Made by a program: the position numbers and the translations under genes
Virus record (IMG/VR): IMGVR_UViG_2724679538_000003
DNA from: a virus
Taxonomy: Duplodnaviria > Heunggongvirae > Uroviricota > Caudoviricetes
Length of the DNA: 25,866 nucleotides
Direction: 5' to 3' (one strand)
Part shown: positions 7,746 to 16,873 of the stretch, in pieces
Numbering within the stretch: position 1 is the first letter of the stretch
How the letters are laid out: each line of letters starts with the position of its first letter
The notes under the pieces: model-generated
Seen by the model: only the letters and a program-made list of their open reading frames with translations
Databases searched by the model: none
Told to the model about the DNA's origin: nothing

Positions 7746-7963
7746 AGGCTTTTCCTGTATAAATGGCCGTATACAGTACACTAAATATGAAAACATATCT
7801 CGTATTATTATTTAATATATGATTTTCTTTTAAAATAATTACCCACATTTTTAATGTGTCTGTTTTTTAGCGCCGTTGAGAACAACGTTTGCTATAAAAA
7901 CTAACCCATAGACTCCGATCTTTTCAAACATATTGCACCATCTGTGTACATCGGGGTGAGGAT

Positions 7964-8179
7964 ATGAAATCAATGGATAAGTTAACAACAGGTATCGCCT
8001 ATGGCACATCGGCTGGTAATGCTGGTTTCTGGGCATTGCAGTTACTCGATAAAGTAACTCCGTCACAGTGGGCTGCAATCGGTGTGCTGGGTAGTCTGGT
8101 TTTTGGCCTGCTGACGTATCTGACAAACCTTTATTTCAAGATTAAAGAAGACAGGCGTAAGGTTGCGAGAAGAGAGTAA
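7964..8179 (+). CDS. Class II holin (phage 21 S-like pinholin) with dual-start motif
   Basis: GGGGTGAGG SD; starts MKSMDKL (Met1 and Met4 dual start as in S21); two TMDs ([19 protein letters not shown] and [23 protein letters not shown]); charged C-terminus. Confidence 0.85.
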   Translation: MKSMDKLTTGIAYGTSAGNAGFWALQLLDKVTPSQWAAIGVLGSLVFGLLTYLTNLYFKIKEDRRKVARRE

Positions 8180-8183
8180 TCCA

Positions 8184-8735
8184 ATGACACAAGACTATGA
8201 ACTGGTTGTGAAAGGAGTCCGCAATTTTGAGAATAAAGTGGCGGTAACTGTAGCCTTACGGGACAAAAAACGCTTTGACGGTGAAATTTTTGACCTGGAC
8301 ATCTCGCTGGACCGTGTTGAAGGTGCCGCGCTGGAGTTTTATGAGGCAGCAGCCAGAATGAGAATCAGACAGGTATTCCTGGATGTTGCTGCCGGGTTAT
8401 GTGTAGGGGATGAGCAGTCGCCGGAAAAGCGCCCCATAATTTTAGAGGCGCAGAATGTGTGGATAACCTACAAAGGAAAGCTACCGGGAAGAATTACTGG
8501 TTCTCTGAAGACGCCGCCGACGGCATTGCGGTCAGAAAAAGATGATATTGAATCGCCCATTGAAAAACTGGAGGGCAGCGTCGCTGATCTGAATAAAAAA
8601 TTGTCGGTGCTGATCCCTTCTGAAGATGAAAAAAAACGCCGCGATGAGCAGTTTGCGGCGTTTTACGATTATTGCATTGAAGTTACTCGCAGGAGTTTTG
8701 TGAAGATTTTTGAGGAGGGTAAATCTCTTCAGTAA
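8184..8735 (+). CDS. Hypothetical protein (183 aa) inserted between holin and endolysin; occupies the position ydfR has in Qin
   Basis: ATG at 8184 with a GAGAG SD 7 nt upstream, directly after the holin stop; soluble, charged, no TMD. Family not assignable from sequence. Confidence 0.7.
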   Translation: MTQDYELVVKGVRNFENKVAVTVALRDKKRFDGEIFDLDISLDRVEGAALEFYEAAARMRIRQVFLDVAAGLCVGDEQSPEKRPIILEAQNVWITYKGKLPGRITGSLKTPPTALRSEKDDIESPIEKLEGSVADLNKKLSVLIPSEDEKKRRDEQFAAFYDYCIEVTRRSFVKIFEEGKSLQ

Positions 8736-8943
8736 GCTTAATGGCGGACGCTGCAATTAATTCAGGAAGGTCCGCAAGGTCATCTGTCAGTGGATATGAT
8801 GAAAAATCGGCGGCAGTTCTGTTAAGAAGCGCTTTAACTAATTCCTTTTCCTTCTCCGGCAACAAGTTGATTAGAGCTACGACTGCTTGCCTGAGTGCGA
8901 TTAAATCAGCAAAAGTTTGTTTTGGTAGATTTGTGTAATCCAT
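8683..8943 (-). CDS. Hypothetical small acidic protein (86 aa), convergent with and overlapping the 3' end of the 8184-8735 gene
   Basis: Minus-strand ATG at 8943 with an AGAGG SD 5 nt upstream; MDYTNLPKQTFADLIALRQAVVALINLLPEKEKELVKALL...; 53-bp convergent overlap. Confidence 0.55.
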   Translation of the reverse strand: MDYTNLPKQTFADLIALRQAVVALINLLPEKEKELVKALLNRTAADFSSYPLTDDLADLPELIAASAIKLTEEIYPPQKSSQNSCE

Positions 8944-9056
8944 AGTCACCTCTGTGTTTATCAGATTGACATCCTCCTCCCGCCACTGCCCATCACTGGT
9001 GAGGTAAGATTTAACATATCCGGGGATTTGAAGCCGATAAATCCTGATAAATATCC

Positions 9057-10084
<1,028 letters not shown>

Positions 10085-10447
10085 ATTAATATTAAATCGG
10101 ATTATTTTTAGCGCTGAATGTGAAATTTAAATAAAAAGGACTCTTCCATGAGTCAAAATCCTTGAAATCTTAAGGGTAAGATAAAAGGTCATTAGACAGA
10201 ATGACACGTTTTATTAATAAATAAAGCTATTGTTTCATTCGTGTGTTTTTCTTTACAAAAGTAATCCTTGCTATGGTTGGTTAATCATGCGTTAATGGTG
10301 TTCTGGTTTGTTACAAAATTATCTGAAGCAGTCATTGTTATAATTTTATTATTTGTACCTCTTGAGATTTCCTTGTTGGTTTTTCTCTCTGATATTTTTT
10401 TTCGGACCATTCTGCCCAAGGGCTAACTTCTTCAAAAGGTAATAATG

Positions 10448-10660
10448 ATGTCTAACAAAATGACTGGTTTAGTGAAATGGTTTAACCCTGAAAAAGGTTT
10501 TGGTTTCATCACGCCGAAAGATGGTAGCAAAGATGTGTTTGTCCATTTCTCAGCTATTCAGAGCAACGATTTCAAAACGTTAACTGAGAATCAGGAAGTC
10601 GAATTTGGTATTGAGAACGGACCTAAAGGCCCCGCGGCTGTTCATGTAGTGGCACTTTGA
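10448..10660 (+). CDS. cspI: Cold-shock protein, CspI-like
   Basis: [45 protein letters not shown]...; about 350-bp AT-rich leader upstream. Confidence 0.9.
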   Translation: MSNKMTGLVKWFNPEKGFGFITPKDGSKDVFVHFSAIQSNDFKTLTENQEVEFGIENGPKGPAAVHVVAL

Positions 10661-10865
10661 GGTAGAAAATATTACAAACCATATTCACTTTAGATGCCCG
10701 TGTTGCCATGGTTCGCAGTATAGAACATCATCTTTTGATGTTTCTGACAGGAATCCTTTCGGGGCAAAATGTATCTTTTGTAAATCAATGATGATTACAT
10801 TTGATAATATTTCACAATACTTAAATGTTAGCCGTCTGTCGTTAGATTTAAGAAAGTGAAAATGA

Positions 10866-10888
10866 AGGCTCCTTCGGGAGCTTTTTTG
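10866..10888 (+). terminator. Rho-independent terminator
   Basis: ggctcc-ttcg-ggagc hairpin followed by TTTTTT (10882-10887). Confidence 0.75.
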
Positions 10889-10931
10889 CTTAGTGTCTAG
10901 TCGATGGATACTCACATATTACGGTAACATT

Positions 10932-11162
10932 ATGAAAAAAATAATAGTTTTTTTTAACTCTGAACCAGCAATGGTAGTGCCAGTGATGACCGGAGTTAAC
11001 ACCATCATGCGTGAATATCCAAATGGCGAAACAACACACCTCACTGTAATGGCTGCAGGGTTTCCATCTCTGACCGGAGATCATAAAGTCATTTATGTAG
11101 CAGCGGATCGACATGTAACTTCAGAAGAAATTCTGGAAGCAGCAATGAGACTCTTGAATTGA
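10932..11162 (+). CDS. Hypothetical protein (76 aa)
   Basis: ORF MKKIIVFFNSEPAMVVPVMTGVNTIMREYPNGETTHLTVMAAGFPSL...; weak SD, no family recognised. Sits where small accessory genes lie in Qin. Confidence 0.35.
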   Translation: MKKIIVFFNSEPAMVVPVMTGVNTIMREYPNGETTHLTVMAAGFPSLTGDHKVIYVAADRHVTSEEILEAAMRLLN

Positions 11163-11334
11163 TTTGATTCTAATGCATTGATAATAAATGATAATCATTT
11201 TTATCTGTTTGTGTGAAATTTAGACCATCGTATGTTGATTATTGCGATGTTTCATCTTATCTTTTATACGTTTGCTCCATATAATTGACACTACTGTGTA
11301 CCAGGAAAGTCATAACAGACTAAAAGAGGAAATG

Positions 11335-11508
11335 ATGAACATTGAAGAGTTAAAAACAAAAACAGAAGCAGATATTTCTGAATATATAACAAAAAAAATC
11401 ATTGAGCTTAAGAAAAAGACCGGGAAAGAAGTTACCAATATCCAGTTTACTGCACGGGAAAAAATGACTGGTCTTGAAAGCTATGATATCAAGATTGATT
11501 TAATCTAG
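11335..11508 (+). CDS. gnsB: GnsA/GnsB family protein
   Basis: AGAGGA SD; 57 aa, MNIEELKTKTEADISEYITKKIIELKKKTGKEVTNIQFTAREKMTGLESYDIKIDLI, matches the GnsB pattern as recalled. Confidence 0.8.
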   Translation: MNIEELKTKTEADISEYITKKIIELKKKTGKEVTNIQFTAREKMTGLESYDIKIDLI

Positions 11509-11803
11509 TATGTTTATAGTATTAGCATCAATTTCTCATCAGATGCTATTCAACAATACAAATTACCCATAAACCTCGTTTTTACGGGGTTTTGTTATAT
11601 TTAAACATTACCGAATAGATATAAATCTCGATTGTCGATGGTATTGGTTGTGTGACAATACCTAGTCTTTCCGGTATGCCTGAAGAGAATACAAACGACA
11701 GATTATGTAAGGGAAACGCGCTGAAACTTTCACTCTTTCATGCTGAGTGATTTGACGTTATATCTTTAGCCGCAAGTGAAGAGCAAACGCATGGAGCGAC
11801 AAA

Positions 11804-12010
11804 ATGCATAAAGATCAATACACTGATGCCCCCTCCCAGGAGCAGGTTCGTGTAAAAACTATGCTTAATAGCACCATTTCGATGGGTTACCCGGATGTTG
11901 TAATTGCATGTATAGAACATCAAGTATCTCTGGAAGCATTCAGGGCAATTGAGGCCGCGTTAGTAAAGCACGATAAGACTACGAAGGATTATTCCCTGGT
12001 GGTTGACTGA
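11804..12010 (+). CDS. Hypothetical protein (68 aa)
   Basis: GGAG SD 7 nt upstream of ATG; [53 protein letters not shown]...; family not assigned. Confidence 0.45.
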   Translation: MHKDQYTDAPSQEQVRVKTMLNSTISMGYPDVVIACIEHQVSLEAFRAIEAALVKHDKTTKDYSLVVD

Positions 12011-12364
12011 TCACCATAACTGCTAACCATTCTGACCATTTCACAAGTGACAGAGTCAATATCGTATTCTGTCACTGTCAGGCTAATACAGTACTGCAAT
12101 TCAACTACAGCAATGCCTCGTATTTAGGTGAATTTACAATATCGTCCAGTTCTGATGCCGGCTGCATTTCTAAAGATAAGGCATTTCGGTTCGCGTATTT
12201 TCCCCTCATGCTCGTCAGTCCTGTGCGTAGGAAGAAACAGGACACTCACACTAATTTGTGTGGGCATGCTGTGATGTCCTTCTGAATTATTCCTATGCCA
12301 TTATGTAAAGCGCTGTATCAGATGCTCGTCACGGCTGTCAGGCTGTCGGGTCCTCCCGGTGGGG

Positions 12365-12400
12365 GCCCCTGCCACGGGGCGGGAGCGTCGCGGAAAAAGG
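12365..12400. other. Putative cos site (cosN-like terminase nicking region)
   Basis: GGGCGGGAGCGTCGCGG (12377-12393) closely resembles lambda cosN GGGCGGCGACCTCGCGG as recalled; lies in a GC-rich quasi-symmetric segment about 170-200 bp upstream of the terminase small subunit start, as in lambda. Confidence 0.55.
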
Positions 12401-12562
12401 CTAGTTTTTGCATTTTTATCGGCCACCATCATCTTTGCATCTTATTGATTATTAATGGTTATTTGTTTTTTGTATGTCGAATTGAGTGTTTTTTGTTCGA
12501 CATCGAACGCGTTTTCTTAAAGTTGTTCGCACGATGCATGTTTAAAGCTCTCCGGAGGAAAT

Positions 12563-13054
12563 ATGGATCATGAGTTGAAAAAACTGGTGCTGAATATTAA
12601 TCAACTGGCGGCTTTATCTGGTCTGCACCGCCAGACTGTCGTGGCAAGACTGAAAAACATTCGTCCCGCTGGTGGACATGACAAACTCAAGCTATACCGG
12701 TTGACCGATATTCTGACTGAATTTATGGGGTTACCACCGCCGGTTGCTGAGGGCGAAATGGATCCACATGAACGCAAAGCCTGGTATCAGTCTGAACGTG
12801 AGCGTCTTAAGTTCGAACAGGAAACGGCACAACTCATTCCGGCCAGTGATGTCAGACGGGAGTTTGCCATCTGGGCAAAAGCGGTCGTGCAGGTGCTGGA
12901 GACATTACCGGATATTCTGGAACGTGACTGCGGCCTGCAGCCTGCCGCTGTGAGCCGTGTTCAGTCCATTATTGATGATCTGCGCGATCAGATAGCCCTG
13001 CGGGTGACCGAAGCAGGTGCGGATGATGAGGAGGAATTACAGCAGGAGGAGTAA
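12563..13054 (+). CDS. Terminase small subunit (Nu1-like)
   Basis: GGAGG SD; N-terminal HTH-like segment (LVLNINQLAALSGLHRQTVVARLKN), acidic C-terminus; immediately precedes the large subunit with ATGCTGA overlap. Confidence 0.8.
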   Translation: MDHELKKLVLNINQLAALSGLHRQTVVARLKNIRPAGGHDKLKLYRLTDILTEFMGLPPPVAEGEMDPHERKAWYQSERERLKFEQETAQLIPASDVRREFAIWAKAVVQVLETLPDILERDCGLQPAAVSRVQSIIDDLRDQIALRVTEAGADDEEELQQEE

Positions 13055-15156
13055 TGCTGAATCAGGAAACCGCAAAGGCAGCACGAACCGATTCAGGTTA
13101 TATCCTTCGCGCACCGAGACGAATGCTGGTTGCTGATGCCGTTGCTCAGTATATGCGGGTACCCATGGGGGCCGGGAATTCAGTCCCGTGGGATCCGCTG
13201 GTGGCACCGTATGTTATTGAGCCGATGAACTGCCTGGCCTCGCGTGAATACGACGCAGTGATATTTGTTGGCCCGGCACGAACTGGCAAGACTATCGGCC
13301 TGATTGACGGCTGGGTGATTTACAATGTGATTTGCGATCCTGCTGATATGCTGATCATTCAGATGACGGAGGAAAAAGCCCGCGAACACTCCAAAAAACG
13401 ACTTGCCAGAACGTTTCGCGTCAGCCCGGAAGTGGTCAGTCGCCTGAGTCCGAACAAAAATGACAACAACGTTTATGACAGAACATTCCTTGCTGGCAAC
13501 TACCTGAAAATCGGCTGGCCGTCAGTCAATATCATGTCCTCATCAGATTATAAATGCGTGGCGCTGACGGATTATGACCGTTTTCCGGAAGATATTGATG
13601 GCGAGGGGGATGCCTTCTCTCTTGCCTCAAAACGTACCACCACATTTATGTCCAGTGGTATGACGCTGGTGGAGAGTTCCCCCGGCAGGGATGTAAAGGA
13701 TGTGAAATGGCGACGGACTTCACCGCATGAGGCTCCACCAACCACGGGGATACTGTCGCTCTATAACCGTGGCGATCGCCGTCGCTGGTACTGGCCCTGT
13801 CCACACTGTGGTGAGTATTTTCAGCCCTGCGGCGATGTGGTTGCTGGTTTCCGTGATATTGCCGATCCCGTGCTGGCAAGTGAGGCGGCTTATATTCAGT
13901 GTCCTTCCTGTTCAGGACGGATTATGCCTGAACAAAAACGTGAGCTGAACGGACGTGGGGTCTGGTTGCGGGATGGTGAATCCATCAATGCGGATGGCAG
14001 TCGTTATGGTGATCCCCGACGCTCACGTATTGCGTCATTCTGGATGGAGGGTCCGGCAGCTGCTTACCAGACACTCTCGCAACTCGTTTACAAACTGCTT
14101 ACTGCAGAACAGGAATACGAGACAACCGGAAGTGAAGAAACACTCAAGACGGTTATCAATACCGACTGGGGATTACCTTATCTTCCCCGTGCCAGCATGG
14201 AGCAACGAAAAAGTGAACTGCTTGAGCAGCGGGCAGAGCCAGTTCCTTCCCGCAGTGTGCCGGATGGCGTTAATTTCCTGGTGGCGACAGTGGATGTGCA
14301 GGCGGGACGTCATCGCCGTTTTGTGGTTCAGGTAACGGGCTATGGCAGCCGTGGCGAACGCTGGATTATTGATCGTTACAACATCACGCAGTCATTGCGC
14401 GGTGACAGCGACGGGGAGAGCCAGCGAATTGATCCGGCCAGCTATCCGGAAGACTGGGATGTCCTGCTGACGGATGTTTTTCATAAAAGCTGGCCGCTGG
14501 CCTCCGATCCTTCTCAACAAATGCGACTGATGGCAATGGCGGTGGACTCCGGCGGTGAAGACGGGGTCACTGATAATGCCTATAAATTCTGGCGTCGTTG
14601 CCGTCGTGATGGCCTTGGTAAACGTATTTACCTGTTTAAGGGCGACAGCATCCGGCGCGCAAAACTGATCACCCGTACATTCCCTGATAACACCGGACGA
14701 ACGGGCCGACGGGCGCAGGCCGCAGGTGATGTGCCGCTCTGGCTTCTTCAGACGGATGCCCTGAAAGACCGGGTGAATAACGCGTTATGGCGTGACTCTC
14801 CAGGTCCCGGCTATGTGCATTTCCCTGACTGGCTGGGGAGCTGGTTTTACGACGAACTGACGTATGAAGAGCGGAGTAGTGACGGGAAATGGAGTAAGCC
14901 GGGTCGCGGTGCCAACGAAGCTTTTGACCTGATGGTGTATGCCGAGGCTCTGGTCATTCTGCATGGATACGAAAAGATCCGCTGGCCGGATGCACCGGAG
15001 TGGGCGAGCCTGGAAACCTGGCTGGAGTGTGTCCCGGACAGTACCGAACCGTCACCCTCACCGGAACCGGTATCCACGCCTGTTAAAAAACAAAAACGGA
15101 AGAAAACAGTAACTGACGATGTTAACCCCTGGCTGACTTCCGGAGGATGGTTATGA
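13054..15156 (+). CDS. Terminase large subunit (lambda gpA family)
   Basis: 700 aa; Walker A-like GPARTGKT, metal-binding CPHCGE motif, nuclease-like C-terminal region; AGGAGGA SD. Confidence 0.9.
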   Translation: MLNQETAKAARTDSGYILRAPRRMLVADAVAQYMRVPMGAGNSVPWDPLVAPYVIEPMNCLASREYDAVIFVGPARTGKTIGLIDGWVIYNVICDPADMLIIQMTEEKAREHSKKRLARTFRVSPEVVSRLSPNKNDNNVYDRTFLAGNYLKIGWPSVNIMSSSDYKCVALTDYDRFPEDIDGEGDAFSLASKRTTTFMSSGMTLVESSPGRDVKDVKWRRTSPHEAPPTTGILSLYNRGDRRRWYWPCPHCGEYFQPCGDVVAGFRDIADPVLASEAAYIQCPSCSGRIMPEQKRELNGRGVWLRDGESINADGSRYGDPRRSRIASFWMEGPAAAYQTLSQLVYKLLTAEQEYETTGSEETLKTVINTDWGLPYLPRASMEQRKSELLEQRAEPVPSRSVPDGVNFLVATVDVQAGRHRRFVVQVTGYGSRGERWIIDRYNITQSLRGDSDGESQRIDPASYPEDWDVLLTDVFHKSWPLASDPSQQMRLMAMAVDSGGEDGVTDNAYKFWRRCRRDGLGKRIYLFKGDSIRRAKLITRTFPDNTGRTGRRAQAAGDVPLWLLQTDALKDRVNNALWRDSPGPGYVHFPDWLGSWFYDELTYEERSSDGKWSKPGRGANEAFDLMVYAEALVILHGYEKIRWPDAPEWASLETWLECVPDSTEPSPSPEPVSTPVKKQKRKKTVTDDVNPWLTSGGWL

Positions 15157-15365
15157 ACCAGAATGATATCGAAGCCATGATTCAGCGTTATACGGAAGCT
15201 GAAATGGCGGTACTGGACGGAAAATCCGTCACCTTTAATGGTCAGCAGATGACCATGGAAAACTTATCTGAGATCCGGCAGGGACGGCAGGAGTGGGAGC
15301 GCCGCCTTGCGGCTCTGATTACACGACGACGGGGGCATCCTGGGTACCGGCTGGCGAGGTTCTGA
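15153..15365 (+). CDS. Head-tail joining protein gpW-like
   Basis: 70 aa ending ...RRRGHPGYRLARF, like the lambda W C-terminus (RRRGPAGFYV) as recalled. ATG 15153 has GGAGG 6 nt upstream; ATG 15147 abuts the SD. Confidence 0.8.
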   Translation: MNQNDIEAMIQRYTEAEMAVLDGKSVTFNGQQMTMENLSEIRQGRQEWERRLAALITRRRGHPGYRLARF

Positions 15366-16873
15366 TGGCAATTCTTGATGATGTGATTGGCGTTTTTTCA
15401 CCAGGATGGAAAGCGGCAAGGCTGCGTTCCCGTGCGGTGATCCAGGCTTATGAGGCCGTAAAAACGACACGGACACACAAAGCCCGGCGGGAAAACCGAA
15501 CTGCCGACCAGTTAAGCCAGTACGGGGCCGTGTCGTTACGTGAGCAGGCCCGTTACCTTGATAACAACCACGATCTGGTTATTGGTGTATTTGACAAGCT
15601 GGAAGAACGGGTGGTGGGGAAAAACGGGATTATTGTCGAGCCACATCCGGTATTACGCAATGGGGCCATTGCCCGTGATCTGGCAGCGGAGATACGCACC
15701 CGATGGAGTGAATGGTCTGTCAGTCCGGAAGTCACCGGGCAGTTTACCCGTCCGATGCTGGAACGTCTGATGCTGCGTACCTGGCTGCGCGATGGTGAGG
15801 TGTTTGCCCAGATGGTTTCCGGGCGCATAAACAGCCTGACGCCTTCTGCCGGTGTTCATTTCTGGCTGGAGGCGCTCGAGCCGGACTTTATTCCCATGAC
15901 CAGTGATGAGAGCAACAGGCTGAATCAGGGCGTGTTTGTTGATGACTGGGGGCGTCCCGAAAAATATCTGGTGTATAAAAGCCGTCCCGTATCCGGGCGG
16001 CAGATGGAAACCAAAGAAGTGGATGCAGAGCGAATGCTGCATCTTAAATTTGTTCGCCGTCTGCACCAGATGCGCGGGACGTCTTTGTTGTCCGGTGTGC
16101 TGATCCGCCTCAGTGCCCTGAAAGAGTATGAAGATTCTGAGCTGACTGCAGCAAGGATCGCCGCTGCTCTGGGGATGTACATCCGGAAAGGCGACGGGCA
16201 GAGCTATGAACCGGATGGTAATGGCAGCAAGGAGAATGAACGCGAGCTTACCATTCAGCCAGGCATTATTTACGACGATCTGAAACCCGGCGAAGAAATC
16301 GGAATGGTGAAGTCGGATCGTCCCAATCCTAACCTTGAAACTTTTCGTAATGGTCAGTTGCGTGCCGTGGCGGCGGGCAGTCGTCTGAGTTTTTCCAGTA
16401 CGGCACGCAACTATAACGGCACTTACAGCGCCCAGCGTCAGGAACTGGTTGAGTCTACTGATGGCTACCTGATCCTGCAGGACTGGTTTATTGGTGCCGT
16501 CACCCGCCCGATGTATCGTGCCTGGCTGAAACAGGCTGTGGCATCCGGTGTTATCAGGTTACCCCGCGATCTTGACCGTTCTTCACTGTATACCGCGGTG
16601 TATTCCGGACCAGTGATGCCGTGGATTGACCCTGTTAAGGAGGCTGAGGCCTGGAAAATCCAGATTCGTGGTGGAGCGGCGACAGAATCAGACTGGGTAC
16701 GTGCTGGTGGTCGTAATCCGGATGATGTCAAACGTCGGCGCAAGGCCGAAATTGATGAAAACCGCAAGCTGGATCTGGTATTTGATACCGATCCGGCCAG
16801 TGATAAAGGAGGCAGCAGTGCCGCAACGAAACGACAGGAGCCGCAGCACACCGACGACCAGTCCGAAGAATAA
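15365..16873 (+). CDS. Portal protein (lambda gpB family)
   Basis: ATGA overlap with the W stop; 502 aa; canonical position between W and the head protease. Confidence 0.8.
   Translation: MAILDDVIGVFSPGWKAARLRSRAVIQAYEAVKTTRTHKARRENRTADQLSQYGAVSLREQARYLDNNHDLVIGVFDKLEERVVGKNGIIVEPHPVLRNGAIARDLAAEIRTRWSEWSVSPEVTGQFTRPMLERLMLRTWLRDGEVFAQMVSGRINSLTPSAGVHFWLEALEPDFIPMTSDESNRLNQGVFVDDWGRPEKYLVYKSRPVSGRQMETKEVDAERMLHLKFVRRLHQMRGTSLLSGVLIRLSALKEYEDSELTAARIAAALGMYIRKGDGQSYEPDGNGSKENERELTIQPGIIYDDLKPGEEIGMVKSDRPNPNLETFRNGQLRAVAAGSRLSFSSTARNYNGTYSAQRQELVESTDGYLILQDWFIGAVTRPMYRAWLKQAVASGVIRLPRDLDRSSLYTAVYSGPVMPWIDPVKEAEAWKIQIRGGAATESDWVRAGGRNPDDVKRRRKAEIDENRKLDLVFDTDPASDKGGSSAATKRQEPQHTDDQSEE

Noticed and set aside
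8741-8938. 65-aa + strand ORF inside the minus-strand 86-aa gene
   Set aside because: No SD; Ser/Ala-rich translation; the opposite-strand ORF has a proper SD and start and looks more protein-like.
10685-10915. 76-aa minus-strand ORF between cspI and the 10866 terminator
   Set aside because: No SD and it runs antisense through a + strand terminator hairpin; the region is more likely 3'-UTR or sRNA than coding.
12295-12573. 92-aa ORF upstream of the terminase small subunit
   Set aside because: Covers the GC-rich cosN-like segment and the AT-rich cosB-like region; the translation (GPPGGGPCHGAGASRKK...) reflects cos sequence, not a protein.
12744-12953. 69-aa ORF in an alternative frame inside the terminase small subunit
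   Set aside because: Fully nested in a well-supported gene; no independent start signal.
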